Shown one piece after another: positions 8,063-16,883 of a DNA stretch of 32,000 nucleotides. The stretch lies in assembly GCA_026387835.1 (NCBI GenBank), contig JAPLKZ010000012.1, forward strand, positions 1-32,000. The letters run 5' to 3'. Source of the stretch: Candidatus Saganbacteria bacterium. Its GTDB lineage: Bacteria; Margulisbacteria; WOR-1; JAKLHX01. The stretch's first letter is position 1. The number at the start of each line of letters is the position of its first letter. Under the pieces are notes generated by a model. The model had not been told where the DNA came from and searched no databases. It saw only the letters and a program-made list of their open reading frames with translations. Both the position numbers and the translations under genes were made by a program.

Positions 8063-9196
8063 TTACCCTATCTTTTTCCTGAACCTCCTCACCGCAAAAA
8101 TGAAGATCGCGCTTCCGAGGACAAAAAGCATCAGGATATCTTTCCATAGATATTGTAGCCCGATCCCCTTTAGAAAAATACCTCTGACAATATTAAGAAA
8201 ATATCTCAAGGGTATTATATATGTAAATATCTGAATAATGAAAGGCATATTCGCGATCGGGAAAATGAATCCCGATAAAAGGATGGACGGTAAAATGATA
8301 AAGATCAGCGTCAGGACTGTCTGCTGCATCGTGTTAGATATCGTAGATATCATAAGACCGATTCCGAGGCTCGCTATAATATAAATAGCGCATAAGGCCA
8401 AAAGCAAATATATATTCCCTAATATCGGCACCCTGAACCAGAGGACGCTGATAAATATCACAAGTATCACGTCGATAAAACCGAGTATGATGAACGGCGC
8501 CATCTTGCCCGCCATCAGTTCCCACGGTCTTATCGGGGAAACGATCAGCTGTTCCATCGTCCCGTATTCCTTTTCTTTTACTATGGAGACAGCGGTCAGG
8601 AGCGAAGTCAGTATCGTCAAAAGCACGGCGATTATTCCGGGCACCATGTAGTTGACGCTCTTCATTTCCTGGTTATGGAACACACGGACCCGCGCGTCGA
8701 TCACATTTAAGCGGTCCGTCATCCTTTTCATTGCCTTTAACCTGTCATTCAATATCTTCGTCACGTTCTCAAAGACGATGCCGTTAATATAAGCCAGCGC
8801 GATGCCCGCGGAATTTGAATTTGTGCCGTCCAATATGAACTGTACCCGGGACTGACGGCCTGAGATTATGTTCTTTGAAAAGTCCGGAGGTATATTTATC
8901 GCAACCTGTGCTCTTCCGCTGTCTATAGTACGTTTTTCTTCATCCGGGCTCTTAGCATTGCTGACGATCCTGAAATAGGTCGAGTTCGAGAAACTTGAGA
9001 TGAACTGCCGGCTTAAATAGCTCTGGTCGCGGTCAAAAACTGCCGTATTGATATTTCTAAGGTCAAGTGTCGCGACATATCCGAACACCAGGAGCTGGAT
9101 TATCGGCGCAAGTATCACGGCTCCTATCAGCCTTTTATCTCTGAAGAGCTGGATGAACTCTTTCCTTATTATATGGACCAGCCTTGAATCAAGCAT
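8063..9196 (-). CDS. ABC-2 type transporter permease (YbhR/YbhS-like)
   Basis: 377 aa. N-terminal TM helix, a roughly 150-aa extracytoplasmic domain, then five TM helices with an ABC-2 membrane-domain pattern ('EKEYGTMEQLIVSPI'). Confidence 0.85.
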   Translation of the reverse strand: MLDSRLVHIIRKEFIQLFRDKRLIGAVILAPIIQLLVFGYVATLDLRNINTAVFDRDQSYLSRQFISSFSNSTYFRIVSNAKSPDEEKRTIDSGRAQVAINIPPDFSKNIISGRQSRVQFILDGTNSNSAGIALAYINGIVFENVTKILNDRLKAMKRMTDRLNVIDARVRVFHNQEMKSVNYMVPGIIAVLLTILTSLLTAVSIVKEKEYGTMEQLIVSPIRPWELMAGKMAPFIILGFIDVILVIFISVLWFRVPILGNIYLLLALCAIYIIASLGIGLMISTISNTMQQTVLTLIFIILPSILLSGFIFPIANMPFIIQIFTYIIPLRYFLNIVRGIFLKGIGLQYLWKDILMLFVLGSAIFIFAVRRFRKKIG

Positions 9197-10339
9197 TTAA
9201 TCAAGCCTCTTTCTGAACCTTTTTGCCGACAGCGCTATCATTATGCACCCGAATATGACAAGCATAAGAGTGTCGGGCCAAAGATATTCTATCCCGATGC
9301 CTTTCATGAATATCCCGCGCAGTATCGTCAGGAAATATCTGGCGGGGACTAAATATGTTATTAACTGAACCATGTATGGCATACCTTCTATCGGAAAAAC
9401 AAAACCCGAAAGAAGGATCGACGGCAGCATTGTCGTCATCATGCCGATGATCACCGCGTTCTCCTGTTTATCGGAAATAGTCGATATCAGCAGACCGAGA
9501 CCGAGAGAGCCGAAAATGAATATAGCCGATTCAATGAACAGGAACAGAAGGTCTCCCCTGATCGGGACCTTGAACACCACCGCACCGAAAGAAACGCATA
9601 AGAGGACGTCCAGAAAACCGATCAGGACATAAGGGAGAAGCTTCCCTGTCATTATCTCGACAGGCCTTATCGATGTCGCAATAAGCTGCTCCATCGTGCC
9701 CCTTGTCTTTTCGCTGACAATAGAAAGAGAAGTTATCAGCGCGGCAAGGATCATCAGCACCATGGAAATTATGCCGGGGACAAGGAAGTTCATGCTCCTG
9801 AGCGATTCGTTGTACCAGACTCTTGTCTTGGCATCTATCGGGATCAGGGACTGTGCATCCTTCATTCCGGACCTCGACAGACTAGTTATCAGGATTGATT
9901 TTGTATAGTCCTGAAGGATGCCGTTGATATAACCTATAGAGACGGTGGCTGTATTTGCATCGGCCCCGTCAAGTATGACCTGAACCTGCGCTTTCTTTCC
10001 CGAAAGGACTCTGCCTGAAAAACCGTTGTCAAAGTTTATTATAAGATTGGCTTTCCCGCTCAGAAAATATTTTTCTGCGTCCTTGTAGCTGTCGACGCAG
10101 GCTATCACGTTGAAATATCTTGAGGCCTCGAATTTCCTTACTATCTCCCTTGTCATTGGTTTATTATCCATATCGCGGACCACGGTCGGGATGTTCTTGA
10201 TATCAAAGGTCAGAGCGTAACCGTACAGTATCAGCATCACTATCGGCAGAGCGAACGTGATAAGGAGCGTCCTCGTGTCCCTCACGATGTGAAGGAATTC
10301 TTTTCGCATTATCGATACTATTCTTCTGATATCTATCAT
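9197..10339 (-). CDS. ABC-2 type transporter permease (YbhS/YbhR-like), paralogue of the downstream gene
   Basis: 380 aa, same architecture as the downstream permease ('EKTRGTMEQLIATSI'). Its stop abuts the next start. Confidence 0.85.
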   Translation of the reverse strand: MIDIRRIVSIMRKEFLHIVRDTRTLLITFALPIVMLILYGYALTFDIKNIPTVVRDMDNKPMTREIVRKFEASRYFNVIACVDSYKDAEKYFLSGKANLIINFDNGFSGRVLSGKKAQVQVILDGADANTATVSIGYINGILQDYTKSILITSLSRSGMKDAQSLIPIDAKTRVWYNESLRSMNFLVPGIISMVLMILAALITSLSIVSEKTRGTMEQLIATSIRPVEIMTGKLLPYVLIGFLDVLLCVSFGAVVFKVPIRGDLLFLFIESAIFIFGSLGLGLLISTISDKQENAVIIGMMTTMLPSILLSGFVFPIEGMPYMVQLITYLVPARYFLTILRGIFMKGIGIEYLWPDTLMLVIFGCIMIALSAKRFRKRLD

Positions 10340-11058
10340 CTTTTCACCGCGCTGATAAAAACATCATCTAAGCTAGTCTTGTTATAAGTCGTTTTTAATT
10401 GGCCGGGACTGCCGCCCGCTACTATCACTCCGTCAGAGATAAGAGCGATATTATTGCAATGTTCCGCTTCGTCCATGTAATGGGTCGTCACGAGTATGGT
10501 CGTTCCCTCTTCCGAAAGTTTATAGATGAGCCTCCAGAAATTCCTTCTTGAAACCGGATCGACACCGGATGTCGGCTCGTCCAAAAATAATATTTTAGGG
10601 TTATGTATCACGGCGCATCCAAGGGCAAGCCTCTGTTTCCATCCTCCTGAAAGATTTGCCGTAAGCTCATCCTCGCGGCCGGAAAGCCCCGCCATCCCTA
10701 TCATCTCTTTTTTTCTTTTTTCGCGCCCCGTTTTGAGCGTCTGATATATTCCCGCGTAAAAGTCGAGGTTCTCGGAAACGGTAAGGTCCTCATACAACGA
10801 GAACTTCTGCGACATGTAGCCGATATTCTCTTTTATCTTTTCGCTCTCTTTGTTTATATCAAATCCGCCCACGCTGCCAGTCCCTGCCGTAGGCTCGAGT
10901 ATCCCGCACAGCATCCTTATAGTCGTGGATTTGCCCGCGCCGTTAGGCCCTAGAAAGCCGAATATCTCGCCTTTCTTAACTTTAAAGCTGACCTTATCCA
11001 CCGCGGTGAAATCACCGAACTTCTTAGTAAGATCCTCAACGATTATAGAATTTTCCAT
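10336..11058 (-). CDS. ABC transporter ATP-binding protein (second NBD of a YbhF-like split pair)
   Basis: Walker A 'GPNGAGKST', signature 'LSGGWKQRLALGCA', Walker B 'ILFLDEPTSGVD' and 'TTHYMDEAE'. Confidence 0.9.
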   Translation of the reverse strand: MENSIIVEDLTKKFGDFTAVDKVSFKVKKGEIFGFLGPNGAGKSTTIRMLCGILEPTAGTGSVGGFDINKESEKIKENIGYMSQKFSLYEDLTVSENLDFYAGIYQTLKTGREKRKKEMIGMAGLSGREDELTANLSGGWKQRLALGCAVIHNPKILFLDEPTSGVDPVSRRNFWRLIYKLSEEGTTILVTTHYMDEAEHCNNIALISDGVIVAGGSPGQLKTTYNKTSLDDVFISAVKR

Positions 11059-11957
11059 TATTTCATCATCCAGACGAATACGTCCTCCAGGCTCGGTTCT
11101 ATCTGCCTTATCTCGCAGACATCTATGGACCTTTCTTTTAACAGGGCTTCGATCCTGGGTATATCGCCTGCCGCGTTGTCAGAGACTATATGCAGCCTGT
11201 CGCCGAATACTTCAAAAGAATATTTGTTTTCCAAATGCCTTGCGGCAGGTCTTATCTGGTCGCAGAGAAGCTCGATTATCTGCTTTTCCATCTTCTTTTT
11301 TATCTCATCCGGAGTCCCTTCTGTCAGTATCTTTCCGCTGTGGATCAAAGCCACCCTGTCGCACATCTCGGCTTCGTCCATATACGGTGTCGTGACAAAA
11401 ACCGTGACAGCGGGGACAAGTAACTTGATTATCTGCCAGAACTCCCTGCGCGATATCGGGTCCACGCCGGTGGTCGGCTCGTCGAGAAAAAGGACCTTCG
11501 GAGTGTGTATTAGGGTGCAAGCCAGGGCTAATTTTTGTTTCATCCCGCCTGAAAGTTTCTGCGCGGGCCTGTCCTTGAATTTTTCAAGCCTGCTGAACTC
11601 AAGAAGCTCCTTTTTGCGTTTTTCCACTTCTTGTCGCGGCACAAGATGGATATCGGCAAAAAAATCAAGGTTCTCTTCCACCGAAAGGTCGCCGTATAAA
11701 CTGAACTTCTGCGACATGTAGCCGATGGAATCTTTTACCTTTTCGGACTCTTTTGCGACATCTATACCAAGAAGGCTTGCCGAACCTCCGTCTATCTTAT
11801 ACAGACCGCAGAGAAGTCTTATTGTGGTCGTCTTCCCGCCTCCGTCAGGACCTATAAGGCCGAAGATCACGCCCGAGGGGACGTTTAGATCGAGGTTGTT
11901 GACTGCTATTGTATTTTTAAATTTTTTGGTGAGGTTCTTAGTTTGTATAGCATACAT
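11058..11957 (-). CDS. ABC transporter ATP-binding protein (first NBD of a YbhF-like split pair, with C-terminal accessory domain)
   Basis: Walker A 'GPDGGGKTT', signature 'LSGGMKQKLALACT', Walker B 'VLFLDEPTTGVD', plus an ~80-aa C-terminal extension. TAATG stop/start overlap with the next gene. Confidence 0.9.
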   Translation of the reverse strand: MYAIQTKNLTKKFKNTIAVNNLDLNVPSGVIFGLIGPDGGGKTTTIRLLCGLYKIDGGSASLLGIDVAKESEKVKDSIGYMSQKFSLYGDLSVEENLDFFADIHLVPRQEVEKRKKELLEFSRLEKFKDRPAQKLSGGMKQKLALACTLIHTPKVLFLDEPTTGVDPISRREFWQIIKLLVPAVTVFVTTPYMDEAEMCDRVALIHSGKILTEGTPDEIKKKMEKQIIELLCDQIRPAARHLENKYSFEVFGDRLHIVSDNAAGDIPRIEALLKERSIDVCEIRQIEPSLEDVFVWMMK

Positions 11958-11983
11958 ATTTAGATCGTTCTGCCCTCAACCGC

Positions 11984-12838
11984 TCATTTTTTCAGTTCTA
12001 TCACGGCGTCCGCCGGCATCCCCGGTTTTAACCGGAGACTTTCGTTAGGGATCTTCACCTTCACCTCAAATACTTGGTTCACCCTTTCCTCTTTTGTCTG
12101 TATGTTCTTCGGGGTGAACTCTGCCTTGCTCGCGATATATTCCACACTGCCGTAGAACTTTTCATGCGGGAAAGAATCAACGCTTAAAGCCACTTTGTCG
12201 CCCAGATCTATCTTCCCCACCTCTTTCTCCGTCACGTAAAGTTTTAGTTCAAGGGAGCGCAGGTCAGCCACTGTCACGATCGTAGAGCCCGGGCTAACAA
12301 GCTCTCCTTTTTCAACAGCCTTAACCAAGACTATCCCATCTACGGGAGAGACGATCGAAGCGTCGCCGAACTGCGACTGAGCAGTCTCAAGTGCCGCTTC
12401 GGCCTGCAAAAGGCCGTTGCTTGCTGAATCAGCGGCTGTATTTGCGTTGTCATACTGCTGACGAGTGGCCATCCCGTCTTCATATAGTTTTGAGATCCTT
12501 ACAAAATCAGCCTGTGCGGTCTGCGACCTGGACTCTGCCGCATCTTGTCCTGCCTTCGCTGAACGGAGAGCAGCAGTGATCTCAGGAATATCGATCTTAG
12601 CGATAGGATCTCCGGTCTTCACATTGCTCCCCTCGTCCACATATCTTTCAAGCACCCTGCCTGAGACTTTCGAGCCTACCTGCACTTCTATAGCCTCAAT
12701 AGTGCCTGAAGCTGATATGACCCCCCTGTTGATGAACGCAATAATAAAGGCCCATGAATAATAGAGTACGATGCATAAGATGACGGCAGCCGCAATAGCA
12801 ACTATCCTTTTTTTCTTTAGATCTTCATTTCCATTCAT
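11984..12838 (-). CDS. HlyD-family periplasmic adaptor (YbhG-like)
   Basis: N-terminal TM anchor, 'KVSGRVLERYVDEGSNVKTGDPIAKID' lipoyl half-motif, an Ala/Gln-rich coiled coil, and a C-terminal 'EFTPKNIQTKEERVNQVFEVKV' block typical of YbhG-type adaptors. Confidence 0.85.
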   Translation of the reverse strand: MNGNEDLKKKRIVAIAAAVILCIVLYYSWAFIIAFINRGVISASGTIEAIEVQVGSKVSGRVLERYVDEGSNVKTGDPIAKIDIPEITAALRSAKAGQDAAESRSQTAQADFVRISKLYEDGMATRQQYDNANTAADSASNGLLQAEAALETAQSQFGDASIVSPVDGIVLVKAVEKGELVSPGSTIVTVADLRSLELKLYVTEKEVGKIDLGDKVALSVDSFPHEKFYGSVEYIASKAEFTPKNIQTKEERVNQVFEVKVKIPNESLRLKPGMPADAVIELKK

Positions 12839-14393
12839 AACTATTGACCTCCAATACCTGCCCTGCCATCATATAGGTGACCATGTCTTTTTTCAGGGTC
12901 CCTGATATTTTTATGTCTTTTTTTCCGGTTTTTGCGCCGCTGATTATATCTTCTGCAGGTTTACCGGTCAGGACATAGGACCTCCCGTCATCAGACAGGA
13001 AGCTATAAAAACCGCCCTCGAGGTCTACATACTTCATCTGACCGTTAAGAATAAGAAGTTCTCTGGTGATCAGGGCGGTGTTCTTATCCAGAAGCCCGGT
13101 CGCTCTTTCGATGCCGAGCCGTGCCAGTTCCAGATCAAACCCGGCAGACATCAGATCTATCTCCGCCTGAGTAAGGGATGTCTGGGCGTCAAGGACCTCG
13201 ATATTGGTGGCAAGGCCGTTCTTATATCTTATTTCCGCGATATTAAAGTTTTCTCTCGCGCTGTCGATTCCGGCAGTCGCGCTCTCAAGCATTTCTTTTG
13301 CCGCTTCCCAGTTCAAATATGCCTGCTTCACGTCAAACTCAACCGCTTTTCTTGTCATCTCCCTGCCCGCGATCGAAGAATCAAGATTTGCCTGAGCTTC
13401 TTTTATTTTGCTCTGCGTCGAGAAGCCGTTAAAGATAGTCCATGTCGCTGCTCCGGCTACCTGCCAGTTCCTTGCGTCATAATTTAGGTCCGCAACATCA
13501 TAATCATTGTTGCTCCACTGATAGTAGCCCTGAAGATTGACTGATGGCATCCACTGCGACACTGCAAGGCCTCTGTTCCTGGCAGAGATCTCGACCGAAC
13601 CTTTCACCTGTTTCCAGTCCGGCCTGTTTGTGAACGCATCTGTCAGCATCTGTTTGTAGCTGTATTCTTTGCCTTCATAACCGGAGGAAAGATCGACATC
13701 TTCCACATCTATCTCTTCCCCGATAGCTCTGCCAATTGAAGTATTAAAGGCAGCTTTCCCGACTTCAAGGCCGTTATTTGCCTTAATAAGGGATTGCTTT
13801 GCCCGGGAGACGGAAACCTCACTTCTCAAAGTATCCGCACGGGTTGCCATCCCTACTTTAAGCATCTTTTTTGTCTGGTCAAGATGAGCTGTGGCCATTT
13901 CAAGTGATTCATTTGACAGTTGTACGGACTTCTTGGCCTTAAGATAATTGAAATACGCCTGTGCGACATTGTAGATGCAGTCCTGTAAAGCTTTTCTTAA
14001 GTCTTCACGCGCTGATTTTGCGTTTTCCATTGCTATCGCCAGAGTATTCTCGTTTTTTCCGAAAGTAAAAATGCTCTGCTGGAAACTTGCCTGCCAACCC
14101 TTTAACGCGCTCACGTCATCTATACCCATCACCAAAGGTGTGTTCAGGATCATTGTCTTTATAGGAGCCTGATAATTCCTGGCATAATTAGCTGACAACG
14201 TTACTGAAGGCAGATACGAAGAAAATGACTCGCTGACTCTTGCGCTCGCGGCATCAGCTTTTCTCTGGACGATCACGACATTGTCGTTGTTCTTCAGCGC
14301 GATATCGATGCTTTCTTTAAGATTAAGTGAAAAGGAGGGGGATGAAAATAACAAGAAGACCGAAATCAGACTAAAAATAACCCCTCTCTTCAT
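12825..14393 (-). CDS. TolC-family outer membrane efflux protein with an extra ~87-aa C-terminal domain
   Basis: Signal peptide, then two OEP repeats ('LKESIDIALKNNDNV...', 'PSVTLSANY', 'PSVNLQGYY', 'LDAQTSLTQAEIDL'). The canonical fold ends near '...LGIERATGLL', and 87 further residues follow. A GGGAGG Shine-Dalgarno precedes the ATG. Confidence 0.85.
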   Translation of the reverse strand: MKRGVIFSLISVFLLFSSPSFSLNLKESIDIALKNNDNVVIVQRKADAASARVSESFSSYLPSVTLSANYARNYQAPIKTMILNTPLVMGIDDVSALKGWQASFQQSIFTFGKNENTLAIAMENAKSAREDLRKALQDCIYNVAQAYFNYLKAKKSVQLSNESLEMATAHLDQTKKMLKVGMATRADTLRSEVSVSRAKQSLIKANNGLEVGKAAFNTSIGRAIGEEIDVEDVDLSSGYEGKEYSYKQMLTDAFTNRPDWKQVKGSVEISARNRGLAVSQWMPSVNLQGYYQWSNNDYDVADLNYDARNWQVAGAATWTIFNGFSTQSKIKEAQANLDSSIAGREMTRKAVEFDVKQAYLNWEAAKEMLESATAGIDSARENFNIAEIRYKNGLATNIEVLDAQTSLTQAEIDLMSAGFDLELARLGIERATGLLDKNTALITRELLILNGQMKYVDLEGGFYSFLSDDGRSYVLTGKPAEDIISGAKTGKKDIKISGTLKKDMVTYMMAGQVLEVNSYEWK

Positions 14394-14450
14394 CAGGATC
14401 CTCCCAAATTTAAGAACTGATAACTATTGAATGATGCTATATATATTATG

Positions 14451-16883
14451 CTATTTTACGCGGTTTTTCAATATGTTTTTCGCCACCCTCACCGCTTCAA
14501 CCGCATCTTTTGCGAAGTTGGCACCGAAAGATTTCGCATAATTAGAAGTAACGGGAGCACCACCTACCATCACCGGGATATTTAAACCCTCTTTTTCAAG
14601 CTGAGCTTTAACTATCTTCATCCCGGGCATCGTAGTCGTCAAAAGCGCCGAAAGCAGTATCACGTCTGCTTTATTTTCTTTTGCCGAAAGCACGATCTTC
14701 TCCGGCGGAACATCCTTACCGAGGTCGACGACATTGAATCCGTGGTTCTCAAGGAGCATAGAAACGATATTCTTTCCTATATCGTGAATATCCCCGAGAA
14801 CTGTAGCAATTACCGCGATCCCTATCATCTTCCTGTCCCCGGGCTTTATCTCCTTTTTCACTCTTTCAAAAGCCACCTTCATGGCCTCGGCGGATGCCAT
14901 CACCTGCGGGATGAAATATCTCCCGTCATTGAACCTCTTTCCAACCTCCTCCATCGCCGGAAGCAGATCTCCGTCAATGATATTCTGAGGACCTTTTTCC
15001 TTCAAAGCACTCTCTATTAAAGGAACAATATTCTCTCTGTCTCCATCAACCACAGCAGCAAATATTTGTTCTGCAATGTTTTTTTCTTTACCTTTTATCC
15101 TTTCTTCCTTCTTCTTCTCTTCCCTTCTTCCCCCGTATTTCTCGATCCACCCCTTCGCCCTCCTATCCTTGTTCAAAAACACTTCTTCCGCCGCTTTCAA
15201 TTCCGCAGCCGAAACTTTGACCGTCAGATTTTCAGGGTTGTAGATCGCCGCATCAAGTCCAGTTTTTACCGCTAATTTCAGGAACGCTGCGTTCATTTGC
15301 TTTCTTGCGGGAAGTCCGTGCGAGACATTGCTGACGCCGAGTATAGCTTTTACCTTTAATTTGCTTTTAACAAGTTTTATCGCTTTCAATGTCTCAGCAA
15401 CATCCTCCTGCTGCGCTCCCGCAGCAAGGGTTAATGCATCAATAAAGATATTTTCTTTTTTGATCCCTATCTCAACAGCTCTTTTGACTATTTTTTCCGC
15501 GATTTTGAGCCTTTCAGACGCTTTTGACGGTATTCCTTTTTCAAGAGTAAGTCCGATCACGGCAGCCCCGTACTTTTTTACCAGAGGAAGGACCGCATTC
15601 AGGCTTTCTTCTTTCCCGTTCACCGAATTTACAAGCGCCTTACCGGCGAATGTCTTTAATCCTTCTTCCAATGTGCCGGGGTTTGAGCTGTCGATACAAA
15701 GCGGAACAGAAACAGAACTTTCCGCTGTCAGGACCGCATTTTTTATGGCTTTCAACTCGTCAATATCCGGCATGCCTACGTTTATATCAAGCATATCCGC
15801 TCCGGCCGCTACCTGCGACACCGCGTTCTGCCTGACCACGGACGTCTTACCCTGTCTCATATCTTCCTGCAGGTCTTTTCTGTTCGTCGGATTTATCCTC
15901 TCGCCGATTATTACAACCTTACCGGGTTTAACTTCCAACACCTCGGTTCTACTTGCCAGTTTGGTATTTTGAATTTGGAATTTTGAATTTGTTTCGCTTG
16001 CCCCGAGCGAAGTCGAGGGGGATTTCGTGCTTCGAATTTCGGATTTTATCCGCTTTATATGTTCCGGCCCCGTCCCGCAACACCCGCCAATAAACTTTAC
16101 ACCCAGTTTCGCCATTTCAACCGCATATCTTAAAAATTTTTCCGGCGTCATCCTGTATACAGTCTCATCCCCGACGATCTCCGGATTGCCGGCGTTCGCC
16201 ATTATTGATATTGGAAGATTTGTATTTTTTAGTAGAACTTTCGCTATCTTTACAAGTCCCTGCGGTCCCGATGAGCAGTTCGCTCCTATTGCATCCGCTC
16301 CCAGAGCCTCAAATACGGCCGTGGCTACTTCCGGAGGAGTTCCAGTATTTGTCTTTCCGTTCTCGCTGTAAGTGAGATGGACTATTACAGGGAGTTTTGT
16401 AGTGCTTTTGACCGCTATCAAGGCAGCGCGCGCTTCCTGGATATCGCTCATCGTTTCTATTGAAATGAGGTCAGCCCCGGCTTCTTCGAACACTTTCGCC
16501 TGGGCAGAGAACTCATCGAATGCCTGATCGAAAGAAAACGCGCCTATCGGCTCCATCAACTCTCCAAAAGGGCCCATCGACGCAGCAATAAGAGCTTTTC
16601 CTGCTGCGGCTTTTTTCGCGATCCTTACAGCATCGAAGTTGATTTTATGAAATTTTCCTTCGAGGCCGTATCCTTTGAGCTTGTTCTTTGTCCCGCCGAA
16701 AGTATTCGTCTCGATTATATCGGCCCCGGCATCGACATAAGACTTGTGAACTGAATAGACGATATCGGGGGCAGTCAGGTTCAGCTCTTCGAAGCATTTT
16801 CCCGCGGGAACGCCCCTGAGCATGAGCTGGGTACCCATTGCCCCGTCAAAGATGTATGTTTTTTTGTCATTAAATATTGTCAT
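14451..16883 (-). CDS. metH: cobalamin-dependent methionine synthase, short form (Hcy-binding, pterin-binding and B12-binding modules; no AdoMet reactivation domain)
   Basis: Hcy S-methyltransferase domain ('GANCSSGP', 'GGCCGTGPEHI'), pterin-binding domain ('IIGERINPT', 'LDINVG'), B12 cap, and 'GDIHDIGKN' (DxHxxG) with 'SALLTTT' and 'VGGAP'. The ORF ends just after the B12 domain. Confidence 0.9.
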   Translation of the reverse strand: MTIFNDKKTYIFDGAMGTQLMLRGVPAGKCFEELNLTAPDIVYSVHKSYVDAGADIIETNTFGGTKNKLKGYGLEGKFHKINFDAVRIAKKAAAGKALIAASMGPFGELMEPIGAFSFDQAFDEFSAQAKVFEEAGADLISIETMSDIQEARAALIAVKSTTKLPVIVHLTYSENGKTNTGTPPEVATAVFEALGADAIGANCSSGPQGLVKIAKVLLKNTNLPISIMANAGNPEIVGDETVYRMTPEKFLRYAVEMAKLGVKFIGGCCGTGPEHIKRIKSEIRSTKSPSTSLGASETNSKFQIQNTKLASRTEVLEVKPGKVVIIGERINPTNRKDLQEDMRQGKTSVVRQNAVSQVAAGADMLDINVGMPDIDELKAIKNAVLTAESSVSVPLCIDSSNPGTLEEGLKTFAGKALVNSVNGKEESLNAVLPLVKKYGAAVIGLTLEKGIPSKASERLKIAEKIVKRAVEIGIKKENIFIDALTLAAGAQQEDVAETLKAIKLVKSKLKVKAILGVSNVSHGLPARKQMNAAFLKLAVKTGLDAAIYNPENLTVKVSAAELKAAEEVFLNKDRRAKGWIEKYGGRREEKKKEERIKGKEKNIAEQIFAAVVDGDRENIVPLIESALKEKGPQNIIDGDLLPAMEEVGKRFNDGRYFIPQVMASAEAMKVAFERVKKEIKPGDRKMIGIAVIATVLGDIHDIGKNIVSMLLENHGFNVVDLGKDVPPEKIVLSAKENKADVILLSALLTTTMPGMKIVKAQLEKEGLNIPVMVGGAPVTSNYAKSFGANFAKDAVEAVRVAKNILKNRVK
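15966..16047 (-). repeat. in-frame low-complexity/hairpin insertion in the metH interdomain linker (possible REP/MITE-like element)
   Basis: GAATTT-type short repeats (gaatttg, gaatttt, gaatttg ... gaatttc, ggatttt) flank a GC-rich core, ccccgagcgaagtcgaggggg (16001..16021). On the mRNA strand the core can form a ~6-bp stem around CUUCGC. The segment encodes '...STKSPSTSLGASETNSKFQIQNTK...'. Confidence 0.3.

Noticed and set aside
10850-11721. 181-aa and 198-aa plus-strand ORFs
   Set aside because: They are antisense to the two ABC ATPase genes, whose Walker and signature motifs fix the coding strand.
14394-14450. ATAGCAT direct repeat and AT-rich stretch between metH and TolC, considered as a riboswitch or terminator
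   Set aside because: At 57 nt it is too short for a riboswitch, with no hairpin or U-tract. It is most simply a promoter/SD region (GGGAGG) for the efflux operon.
15328-15972. 214-aa plus-strand ORF
   Set aside because: It is antisense to the pterin-binding domain of metH, with shadow-ORF composition.
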